From contig DATKMR010000014.1 in assembly GCA_035541795.1 (NCBI GenBank), forward strand, positions 214,029 to 278,028: 64,000 bases of DNA, in the 5' to 3' direction. The stretch's first letter is position 1. Each line of letters starts with the position of its first letter. This document shows, piece by piece, positions 10,587 through 18,267 of the stretch. A program made the translations under genes and the position numbers. This stretch comes from Bacteroidales bacterium (GTDB taxonomy: Bacteria > Bacteroidota > Bacteroidia > Bacteroidales > VadinHA17). Below the pieces are notes generated by a model. The model searched no databases, was not told the DNA's origin, and was given only the letters and a program-made list of their open reading frames with translations.

Positions 10587-11303
10587 TTACCCTCTCTTTT
10601 TGATCTCCTCGAGTAACCCGGGTTTTAATAGTATGATGTCTTTGTCGTGAAGTTCAATGATGCCGTCTTTTTCAAACGCTTTAAGCAGCTTTACCGCGCT
10701 CTCCATTGAAATTCCTGCAAAATCGGCAATGTCTTTTCTGCTTAGGTACTGGAATAAACTCTCATGTGATTTATTCAAACTATCTATATACAGCAAAGTC
10801 TCAGCAAGCCTTCCGTTCATCTGCCTGAAGAGCAATTTTCCCACCGTGTCAAGAAGGTTGGTGTTTTGCTCGCAGTATTTCCTGATTATTCCGTACGCGA
10901 ACATTGCATTCTGCTTGACAAGCGTCGCTATTGCATCTTTCTCAATAAGGTAGGCCTGGCAATCAGTCATGGCAACAGAGGAATAATTGAAAATATTAGT
11001 GTTAAATACGGCCGAGAGCCCAACAAACTCACCGGGAATGATAATCTTCAGATTAAAGTCCCTGTTCCCTTCCCCTTCAAGATACTGCCTTGCATATCCA
11101 TTGATAACAAATAAGATATAGGATGCAAAAGCTCCCTGCTTAGTAAGATTCTCACCTTTTCTGAAAAGGACCTGAGTTTTACTTCCCTTTACAAGATCCG
11201 CCTCTTCGTGTTGCAGATTCTGAAAGCACGGTGCTTTTATATCACAAAAAAAATCGTTATCTGCTTCCAGTATGGTCCTCATATATTCTGAATAATCCGA
11301 CAA
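10587..11303 (-). CDS. Crp/Fnr family transcriptional regulator
   Basis: 238 aa with an N-terminal cNMP-binding-like beta-barrel (FRKGENL...GE) and a C-terminal HTH (RKDIADFAGISMESAVKLLKAFEKDGII). Confidence 0.85.
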   Translation of the reverse strand: MSDYSEYMRTILEADNDFFCDIKAPCFQNLQHEEADLVKGSKTQVLFRKGENLTKQGAFASYILFVINGYARQYLEGEGNRDFNLKIIIPGEFVGLSAVFNTNIFNYSSVAMTDCQAYLIEKDAIATLVKQNAMFAYGIIRKYCEQNTNLLDTVGKLLFRQMNGRLAETLLYIDSLNKSHESLFQYLSRKDIADFAGISMESAVKLLKAFEKDGIIELHDKDIILLKPGLLEEIKKRG

Positions 11304-11428
11304 ATTTAATCTAAATCAATAAAAAAGTTGTTCTTTTTCAACCAGTCAATTATCATACATGAACAAGGAACCAGTAAATGCGCCGGATTTTGTATTTATT
11401 TTTGCTGCATAATTTTAAACTGAACAAA

Positions 11429-11785
11429 ATGTTGTACACAAATCTAAATCATCTGGAATCGGCATCTGATCATCAGAAGGCTGTTAACCAGAACGAAAAT
11501 GTAATGGTTATATGCGGAAGAATGGGTCCAATGTGCATACCTGTCTATGGCATTGCTGAAGAACTTGAAAAAGAATATAACCATGTCAAATTCTTCGATA
11601 TGGAATTTGATAATCCTGAATCTCATGTTATACGCAACCTTCCAGAAGTAAGAAACTTCATGGGTATTCCTTTTACAATTTACTATAAGAATGGCAAAGT
11701 AGTAAAAGCCACCTCAAGCATCCAGACGAAAGAGCAGGTAAGGACAATCCTCGATAAGGAGTTCTCTGCAACTGTGAATGTATAA
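11429..11785 (+). CDS. Thioredoxin-fold protein with an atypical active-site region
   Basis: Trx-like layout (VMVICGRMGPMCIPV....GIPFTIYYKNGK), but CGRMGPMC replaces WCGPC. ATG 11429 is preferred over the upstream start. The 3' end overlaps the next gene by 8 nt. Confidence 0.65.
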   Translation: MLYTNLNHLESASDHQKAVNQNENVMVICGRMGPMCIPVYGIAEELEKEYNHVKFFDMEFDNPESHVIRNLPEVRNFMGIPFTIYYKNGKVVKATSSIQTKEQVRTILDKEFSATVNV

Positions 11786-12749
11786 TGAAAAGGAGAAAAT
11801 GGATCATTTTGATGCTGTAATAATAGGCGCAGGACCGGCAGGTCTTACTGCAGGTATTTATCTCTCCAGGGCCAGGATGAAGACTCTCATTCTCGATGAA
11901 GGGATAACGGGAGGACAGATGGTGCTGACCCATGAGATTGCCAACTATCCAGGTGTTGAAAGCATCAGCGGGTTCCAGCTTGCCGGAATAATGAAAAAAC
12001 AGGCACTGGGATTCGGGTGTGAACTCAGGTCAAATATTTCAATAATTAGGATTGATCTTGAAAATAAAAGAAAGAAGATATCCCTCACAGACGGTTCTCA
12101 ATACTCGGCAGATTCGGTAATACTGGCTCCGGGCGGACGGCCAAGAACACTTGGTGTACCGGGTGAAAATGAGCTGAAAGGAAAGGGAATATCATATTGT
12201 GCCACCTGCGACGGCGATTTTTTTACCGGCAAGGAGATCATTGTGGTCGGCGGAGGAAATTCTGCACTTGAAGAAGCTGTATCGCTGACAAAATATGCGT
12301 CCAAAGTAACGGTTGTCCATCAGTTTGATCGCTTCCAGGCATTTGAGCACGCAATTGAAGAAGCCAGGAGCAATGCCAGGATAGATTTTATAATGGAATC
12401 AACTGTAGCAGGTTTTCATGGCTTTGAGAAGCTGGAAATGGCTGAAATCAAAAATCTCAGGACTGGAGAGATAACAAACAGGAGAATTGATGGCACATTT
12501 ATTTTCATCGGCTATATCCCCAACACGGAGTTCCTGGAAGGAATCATCAAACTGAACAGGAGAGGTGAAATTCCAGTCAGCGGGTCAGTGCAGACGGCCG
12601 TTGAAGGAGTTTATGCAGCTGGTGATTGTACAGCAAAACAGTACAGGCAGGTTACAACGGCTGTGGCGGACGGGACAATTGCAGCGCTTGCTGCATCAGA
12701 ATATGTCAACCAGATTAAAACATCGAGTAAAAAACTGATGGAGGCTTAA
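11778..12749 (+). CDS. Thioredoxin reductase-like flavoprotein (low-Mr TrxR family), probably not NADPH-dependent
   Basis: GAGPAG FAD motif, redox-active CATCDG and GGGNSALEEA. The HRRDxFRA NADPH 2'-phosphate motif reads HQFDRFQA here (encoded at 12318-12341). The true start may be MDHFDAV at 11799. Confidence 0.85.
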   Translation: MYNEKEKMDHFDAVIIGAGPAGLTAGIYLSRARMKTLILDEGITGGQMVLTHEIANYPGVESISGFQLAGIMKKQALGFGCELRSNISIIRIDLENKRKKISLTDGSQYSADSVILAPGGRPRTLGVPGENELKGKGISYCATCDGDFFTGKEIIVVGGGNSALEEAVSLTKYASKVTVVHQFDRFQAFEHAIEEARSNARIDFIMESTVAGFHGFEKLEMAEIKNLRTGEITNRRIDGTFIFIGYIPNTEFLEGIIKLNRRGEIPVSGSVQTAVEGVYAAGDCTAKQYRQVTTAVADGTIAALAASEYVNQIKTSSKKLMEA

Positions 12750-12750
12750 T

Positions 12751-13167
12751 ATGAAGATTACTTATATTATCGCAATTGTGGTGGTGTTTTTCGCCGGATA
12801 TTTCATTTACTCTTTCAGGAAAATGAAGAATATCCCCATGGTTGAGAACAGCGACAGGATATTGGAACTGACTGACAAGAATTTCCAGCTCCAGGTTAAG
12901 AGTAATATCACACTTGTCGATTTCTGGGCATCCTGGTGTGTACCATGCAAAATGATGGCACCGGTGCTGAATGAAGTTGCAGATGAAGTACCTGGTAATG
13001 TCAAGGTATGCAAGGTCAATGTTGAACAGTACCGGTCCCTGGCATCGAAATATTCGATTAGGGGAATCCCTACAATTGTTCTGTTCAGTGACGGGAAAGA
13101 AGTTGACAGGATAGTAGGTGTGAAAACCAAGGATTTTATCATTAACAGAATCAATAAAGTAAAATGA
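12751..13167 (+). CDS. Membrane-anchored thioredoxin
   Basis: An N-terminal TM helix (IIAIVVVFFAGYFIYSF) followed by a canonical Trx domain with WCVPC and GIPT. The stop overlaps the next start (ATGA at 13164-13167). Confidence 0.85.
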   Translation: MKITYIIAIVVVFFAGYFIYSFRKMKNIPMVENSDRILELTDKNFQLQVKSNITLVDFWASWCVPCKMMAPVLNEVADEVPGNVKVCKVNVEQYRSLASKYSIRGIPTIVLFSDGKEVDRIVGVKTKDFIINRINKVK

Positions 13168-14180
13168 CTGCAATTCTGATAGGTTTAGCATTTGGATCAA
13201 TACTCCGGTACGCGAAACTTAACCGTTTTGATACTATCAGCGGCCTGGCAATTCTCGGGGACCTCACGGTGGCAAAGGCATTAGCTGCAGCAGTCGGACT
13301 GGGAGCCATACTCGTGGCAGTTGAGACTGTTACCGGGCTTGGTTCATTCCATCTTAAACCCGTCATCCTTGGTGGATTGGTAATTGGAGGGATTGTATTT
13401 GGTACCGGGATGGCAATTCTGGGATATTGCCCGGGAACAATGGCTGTTTCTCTGGGTGAGGGATCAATAGATGCCCTGGCTGGCATAGCCGGAGGATTGG
13501 CAGGCGGGCTTGTTTACACGCTTTCATTCCCGGTTATTAAGAGCCTTGCAAACCCTGACCTGGGAAGCATTTCACTATTCAGCCTTCTGGGAAACAGCAG
13601 GCCTCTCTATTTGATAGCAACCCTGATCATCGGATCCTTGTTTATTGTGCTTGCTTTCAGATTGAAAGGCAGGGTGAACAATTCCGGGAAGAGATGGCTA
13701 TATGCTGGAATAGCCCTTGCAGCATTAAATGTGTTTGTTAATCTTTCATTTGTGGCTAACCATTTTATAGGTGCTTCAACTGCTTATCCAATGGTTGCCG
13801 ATTTTGTGACCGGTTTTACAGGTAATCCCTATTTTGAAAAGATAAAAGAACCCGGAACATGGGAACTGGAATTCCTTGGAGGAGCATTTCTTTCAGGACT
13901 TATTCTTTCAATTTCCAGTAAAGAATTCAGGATAACCACACTCCACAGTAACTGGATCAGGTTCAAAGGAAAGTCACCCCTGAACAGAATTTTATGGTCA
14001 TTTGCAGGTGGATTCCTGTTGCTCTTCGGCGCCAGGATGGCAGGTGGGTGCACAAGCGGACATATACTTTCAGGTGGGATGCAGCTTTCAGTCAGCAGCC
14101 TGGTATTCACAGTTTTTGTCTTTACTGGACTTGTTTTAACCGGGAAACTATTTTATAATCAGAAAGATGTAATTAAATAA
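13164..14180 (+). CDS. YeeE/YedE family sulfur-compound transporter (full-length, two-repeat form)
   Basis: 338 aa polytopic protein with the conserved Cys-containing motifs GYCPGT and GGCTSGH typical of YeeE/YedE. Confidence 0.85.
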   Translation: MTAILIGLAFGSILRYAKLNRFDTISGLAILGDLTVAKALAAAVGLGAILVAVETVTGLGSFHLKPVILGGLVIGGIVFGTGMAILGYCPGTMAVSLGEGSIDALAGIAGGLAGGLVYTLSFPVIKSLANPDLGSISLFSLLGNSRPLYLIATLIIGSLFIVLAFRLKGRVNNSGKRWLYAGIALAALNVFVNLSFVANHFIGASTAYPMVADFVTGFTGNPYFEKIKEPGTWELEFLGGAFLSGLILSISSKEFRITTLHSNWIRFKGKSPLNRILWSFAGGFLLLFGARMAGGCTSGHILSGGMQLSVSSLVFTVFVFTGLVLTGKLFYNQKDVIK

Positions 14181-14208
14181 TAATTCAACTTACTAAAAAA
14201 TCGAAATT

Positions 14209-14418
14209 ATGAAAAAGAACATGGGCAATCTCGACAGGATTCTGAGAGTTGTAGTTGCAATCGTAATTGCAGTTTTATTCTTCACAAAGGTTATAAGCGG
14301 AACATTGGGGATTATTCTCATGGTTATCGGAGGAGTATTCCTGCTAACAAGTATAATCAGCGTATGTCCCTTATATTACCCGTTTGGGATTAATACAAAA
14401 AAGAAAGAGGGAGCGTAG
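14209..14418 (+). CDS. DUF2892 (YgaP-like 2-TM) protein
   Basis: 69 aa. MGNLDRILRVVVA...two TM helices...CPLYYPFGINT matches the DUF2892 pattern as I remember it. Confidence 0.7.
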   Translation: MKKNMGNLDRILRVVVAIVIAVLFFTKVISGTLGIILMVIGGVFLLTSIISVCPLYYPFGINTKKKEGA

Positions 14419-14498
14419 CGGATTCTGTTGTAAATAAATTAAAAATGAGCCATCTGCTTGATATTGAATGAAAAAAGCGGATGTGATCTTGAATAACT

Positions 14499-14535
14499 GC
14501 TCCCGGTGATTTCAGCGATACCGGGAGCTTTTATT
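14499..14535 (+). terminator. Rho-independent terminator after the trx-yeeE-DUF2892 operon
   Basis: A 9-bp perfect stem GCTCCCGGT (14499-14507) / ACCGGGAGC (14520-14528) followed by TTTTATT. Confidence 0.65.
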
Positions 14536-14598
14536 GCTCTGCCAATTTAAAGACCGTGCATTTATCTTGTATTCATCTGTTGTGATACGCCTTGTAAT

Positions 14599-14623
14599 AT
14601 GAACATTTGTTCATTATATTTGT
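14599..14623 (+). promoter_or_regulatory. Operator palindrome ATGAACA-TT-TGTTCAT fused to a TATATTTG -7 box (promoter of the DUF134-nifX-arsR operon)
   Basis: ATGAACATTTGTTCATTATATTTGT lies 14 nt upstream of ATG 14637. A 24/25 identical copy lies on the minus strand at 17924-17948. TATATTTG fits the Bacteroides -7 consensus TAnnTTTG. Confidence 0.55.
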
Positions 14624-14636
14624 CAAAAATATTCGT

Positions 14637-15032
14637 ATGTCCCGGAATAAAAAGGACAGGTTGGTTCAGAAGGCGCCTAGTTTTTTCGGATTTAAGCCAC
14701 TTGGTCTCCAGGGTAAGCAATCAGAGGCGGTGATTCTTGGATTTGAGGAATACGAAGCCTTGAATCTGTGTGATTATGAGCTTCTAAAGCAGGCCGAAGC
14801 TGCCCTTTTGATGAATATCTCCAGACCCACCTTTACAAGAATTTATGAAAGTGCCAGGCGAAAAGTCGCAAGGGCCCTGGTTGAAGGAAAGCCCATTCGG
14901 TTTGCAAACGGGAACTCGTCAGTTGCTGAATGGTACATCTGTAACAGCTGTCGCATCAGTTTTACTCTGGCAGGGAAGGGAACACTTTGTTGTCCGGTTT
15001 GCAAATCCGGTGATATAATTCTTAACACATGA
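14637..15032 (+). CDS. DUF134 family putative DNA-binding protein with a C-terminal CxxC...CxxC zinc ribbon
   Basis: KAPSFFGFKPLG....VILGFEEYEALNLCDYELLKQAEAALLMNISRPTFTRIYESARRKVARALVEGK matches the DUF134 (sigma-70 region-4-like HTH) pattern. The tail reads CNSC...CCPVC. ATG 14637 is preferred over TTG 14607. Confidence 0.75.
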   Translation: MSRNKKDRLVQKAPSFFGFKPLGLQGKQSEAVILGFEEYEALNLCDYELLKQAEAALLMNISRPTFTRIYESARRKVARALVEGKPIRFANGNSSVAEWYICNSCRISFTLAGKGTLCCPVCKSGDIILNT

Positions 15033-15036
15033 TGTG

Positions 15037-15348
15037 ATGATTGTTGCAATTGCAGCCTCCGAAAACCACAAGAAATCCGTAATCGATTTGCATTTTGGAA
15101 GATGTGAATGGTATTGCCTTTTTAATTCAATCACAGGTGATCTAGAATTTATTGAGAATTCATTCAGATTTAAAAAGGATCAGGCTGGCCTTGATGCCGC
15201 TAAAATGCTTATAGCCAGGGGAGCTGGTATAATTGTGGCTGGACGTTTCGGGGCTAAGGTCATGGAAGTCCTTCGTGAAAACAACATTCAGATGGTTGTT
15301 CCGCAAACACGGCAGGATATTTCGAAGTTCTTAAATTCATTCAGATGA
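15037..15348 (+). CDS. NifB/NifX-type (dinitrogenase FeMo-cofactor-binding domain) protein
   Basis: IVAIAAS.....VIDLHFGRCEWYCLF...GAGIIVAGRFGAKV is typical of the small NifX/NifB C-terminal domain family. The start is GTG 15034 or ATG 15037. Confidence 0.75.
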   Translation: MIVAIAASENHKKSVIDLHFGRCEWYCLFNSITGDLEFIENSFRFKKDQAGLDAAKMLIARGAGIIVAGRFGAKVMEVLRENNIQMVVPQTRQDISKFLNSFR

Positions 15349-15686
15349 ATCAGTTAACAGAAAATTCTTATCCCAATTCTTTACCGGAAGTGAATGAATA
15401 CGAGAAATTCAGCGAAACACTCAAGGCACTATCTCATCCGGTAAGGTTGAAAATAATGCAGCTGCTGCTGAGCGACAAGATTTGTGTCAACGAAATTGTA
15501 AAAAGGCTGGACGTACCTCAATCAATTATCTCCCAGCATCTTTCAATTCTAAGAAACAGGGGGATATTAGTCAGGCAAAAAAAGGGTACCAGAACATGGT
15601 ACATGATCAGTGATGACCTGGCAATGGTAATTACAAATTTTCTGAACGGGAGGGATGAATCACGTTATAAACTGAAAAGTTACTGA
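15345..15686 (+). CDS. ArsR/SmtB family transcriptional regulator
   Basis: Winged HTH LKALSHPVRLKIMQLLLSDKICVNEIVKRLDVPQSIISQHLSILRNRGIL. It has a single Cys and no alpha-5 His/Asp metal-site pattern. The start overlaps the preceding stop (ATGA). Confidence 0.85.
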   Translation: MNQLTENSYPNSLPEVNEYEKFSETLKALSHPVRLKIMQLLLSDKICVNEIVKRLDVPQSIISQHLSILRNRGILVRQKKGTRTWYMISDDLAMVITNFLNGRDESRYKLKSY

Positions 15687-15690
15687 ATTC

Positions 15691-17466
15691 TCAGTGTGCC
15701 GGATCCGGTAACGTGGTCATCAGACCGGCTTTATCCCTTACCAGCTTAATTATTCCAGCGATTATTAGCTCCTCGTTTTCTGCGGAAATATCAAAAATAT
15801 ATACATTTCCGGTATTCCATTTCCTGGTAACACGGTCTAAAAGCTTCTTTCTGACAACCCACAGCTGAGTAACCGTCGAATATAAACATAATCTCTCTAT
15901 TGCATGATACCATCCTTTCCCGCTAAGCTCAAGCGGGCCAATCTCATCAATTACAATAAGCTGCTTATCCTTTGAGTTTTCAGGGTCAAGAATATGGGAG
16001 CCTGTATTTATGGTTTCGGGATTGAAAGAATATTTTCCTGTTTTTATACCATAACCTCTGCCTTCTGTTGAGCATAATTCGTATTGCTCAGCAGTATCGA
16101 TGTCATATAGCCTGAATCCAACCCTTCCCTTATCATTGTTTACTCCCGGTGACAAAAATCCTCCAACCCGGAAATTTTCTTCTTTCAGGCGCAAAACTGT
16201 CTTGTTGGCCAGTGTTGTCTTCCCCTGGTGGATCTCTCCGGTTATAATAATAATTTCCGGCCTTTTAAAGTGTTCCTTTTTAAATAAGTCAAGCAGGATA
16301 TCAGCCTTGCTGAGAAGACCCTTTAAAGAACTGCGAGAAATGCCGGAAGCGCTATTTTCTTTCCGTTCAGATAAACTGGACAGGAGAAAAGGGAGTGCGG
16401 AAAATGCAAGATCCAGCGACTGGTAAACCGATTCTAACCCATTGCGAAATAATATCGATTTGATTACCGGGTTCTTTAGTTCAATGCTGATGGCTGAGAA
16501 TCCAAGAACAAGGATTACCGCCCTGGCATTCATCTTTAAACCAACCAGTAACCCTGGCATACTGAAATATTCCCCGGTGGAAACTCCTTCCCATAAAAAT
16601 GCCGCGCAGAATGTAATTATTATAAAACTCAGCCAGAATTTAATCTTCAGCAGTCTTCTTATTGACCTGCTGTATTTTAAATAGCTGAAAAGAACATAGC
16701 AAATTCCTGCAAGTACAGCCGCGATTGTAAGATCTGAATTGATTAGGGTAAGTGTTCCTGTAATAAATAAGATATTTACTGTCAGCAGGATAAGTGAGTA
16801 CTTTTCGCCTGGAGCCGGGCCCTTCTTTATCCTGTTCCCTGACTGGAAGTTAAAGTCCAATTCCTGATCCCGACTGGAATCTTCTTTTGAGAATCCCCTT
16901 CCTGAGAGATAACCTGAAATAGCGCCGGCAATTCCTATAGCCGAATAGAACAGGACAATGATCAGCAAAACCATTAAAGGACTTACGCCGCGGATACTGA
17001 TCTGTTTTGAAACAAAATGATAGAGGTCAGTAACTATCTTCACCAGGTCGAAGCCGTACAGAATTAGCAGGTTGACTGTTTTTTGAATCAGTGTGCTCAG
17101 TACTGCAAAGATGCCGCCAATGATATAACCGAGAAGGTTCCTGCCAAAGATAAATATGAAAACCTGCATCAGGATTGCCTCTGCAAGTATGCCAATCATT
17201 GGCCCAAGGATTATTGCACTCGGCGATACAGCTTTCATCATGGCACATATAAGCCCTGACCTCCAGACAAGACCAGGTTCTTTCCAAACCTGAAGAAATG
17301 AAACGATCAGCCATACACTAATGAATGACAGAATCAAACCTGTAAAAGGGATTTTCAGGTTATGCAGGAAACTTCCCAGGACAATCTCCACCGAGGCCCA
17401 GATTGATCCTGTAACAGCCGATTTAAGCCATATTTCTTTTAAAGGTCTTGATGGTACAAGCTGCAT
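15691..17466 (-). CDS. Fusion protein: polytopic membrane domain (about 400 aa) plus C-terminal P-loop NTPase (THEP1/DUF2478-like)
   Basis: About 10 hydrophobic helices, then IIIITGEIHQGKTT (Walker A) and LIVIDEIGPLE (Walker B). The size and order resemble the NTPase_1/DUF2478 family as I remember it. Confidence 0.7.
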   Translation of the reverse strand: MQLVPSRPLKEIWLKSAVTGSIWASVEIVLGSFLHNLKIPFTGLILSFISVWLIVSFLQVWKEPGLVWRSGLICAMMKAVSPSAIILGPMIGILAEAILMQVFIFIFGRNLLGYIIGGIFAVLSTLIQKTVNLLILYGFDLVKIVTDLYHFVSKQISIRGVSPLMVLLIIVLFYSAIGIAGAISGYLSGRGFSKEDSSRDQELDFNFQSGNRIKKGPAPGEKYSLILLTVNILFITGTLTLINSDLTIAAVLAGICYVLFSYLKYSRSIRRLLKIKFWLSFIIITFCAAFLWEGVSTGEYFSMPGLLVGLKMNARAVILVLGFSAISIELKNPVIKSILFRNGLESVYQSLDLAFSALPFLLSSLSERKENSASGISRSSLKGLLSKADILLDLFKKEHFKRPEIIIITGEIHQGKTTLANKTVLRLKEENFRVGGFLSPGVNNDKGRVGFRLYDIDTAEQYELCSTEGRGYGIKTGKYSFNPETINTGSHILDPENSKDKQLIVIDEIGPLELSGKGWYHAIERLCLYSTVTQLWVVRKKLLDRVTRKWNTGNVYIFDISAENEELIIAGIIKLVRDKAGLMTTLPDPAH

Positions 17467-17489
17467 TCAGAATCAGAGTCAATTATTGT

Positions 17490-17873
17490 TTAACCGTGAT
17501 GACATGTATGTTCTCCGGGTGAATGGGAATGGTGATGATCGCATGTACTTCCGCTGTCTTCAACCGAGCCTTCGATGTATTTTCTGACTACTTCTTCCGC
17601 CCTGCCGGAACAGCCTTTTATGACTTCAATACCATTATTATTCAGAACATTGACTGCACCGACACCTATTCCGCCGGCAAGCATTACACTGACTCCAAAA
17701 GAAGCAAGCCGGGGTGCAATATCAGATTTACATCCGCATCCGGCGGGCGATTTAATCGTATTTACTTCCACAATCTCATTGGTTTCGGAGAGCGAATATA
17801 CTGCATAGGAATCACAATGACCGAAATGCGTATCCACCAGTTTGTCGTAGGTTACGGGAACTGCTATTTTCAT
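17490..17873 (-). CDS. NifB/NifX-type domain protein with a His/Cys-rich C-terminal tail
   Basis: MKIAVPV....HFGHCDSYAVY...GVSVMLAGGIGVGAV is the NifX-like core. The tail reads CDHHHSHSPGEHTCHHG. Confidence 0.75.
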   Translation of the reverse strand: MKIAVPVTYDKLVDTHFGHCDSYAVYSLSETNEIVEVNTIKSPAGCGCKSDIAPRLASFGVSVMLAGGIGVGAVNVLNNNGIEVIKGCSGRAEEVVRKYIEGSVEDSGSTCDHHHSHSPGEHTCHHG

Positions 17874-17923
17874 AACTTATTATAATTTGAATAAAACTGT
17901 TTAATACAAGAACAAAATCCGAT

Positions 17924-17948
17924 ACAAATATAATGAACATATGTTCAT
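17924..17948 (-). promoter_or_regulatory. Second copy of the operator plus -7 box module (promoter of the nifX-His / membrane-NTPase operon)
   Basis: The minus strand reads ATGAACATATGTTCATTATATTTGT, with a perfect 16-bp palindrome ATGAACATATGTTCAT at 17933-17948. It lies 50 nt upstream of the start at 17873. Confidence 0.55.
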
Positions 17949-18066
17949 AATGTTTGCGCAAAATATGTTCTTTATCATTTGCCTTATCCTGACAAACCTA
18001 TGGCATTTTAAGAATTAGAGCTTAAATTGCCTCCACCTGTCATAACTGTGACTACATGCACTTAAT

Positions 18067-18086
18067 AATGTGATATGTATCACATT
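18067..18086 (+). promoter_or_regulatory. Perfect CRP/FNR-type palindrome AATGTGATA-TG-TATCACATT (TGTGA-N6-TCACA)
   Basis: Read directly: TGTGA at 18069-18073 and TCACA at 18080-18084. A TACATTTG (-7-like) box follows at 18106-18113. The molybdoenzyme start is at 18268. Confidence 0.45.
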
Positions 18087-18267
18087 CTGAAACTATCCCA
18101 ATAAATACATTTGAATCAAGTATAAAACAAGTTTCCCTTGATGTGACATAATTATTTCTGGTCAGTTAATATATTGATTTATAATGCATAAACTGACAAC
18201 TTGATGTTGCACGGTAAACCTGGCAGAAATTTAAATTTCAAAATACCTGAAAAGTTTCAGAAAAACG

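Noticed and set aside
18247-18260. Palindrome CTGAAA-AG-TTTCAG just upstream of the molybdoenzyme start codon
   Set aside because: It has a 6-bp AT-rich stem with a 2-nt loop, which is too weak and too short to argue for a regulatory hairpin without further evidence.
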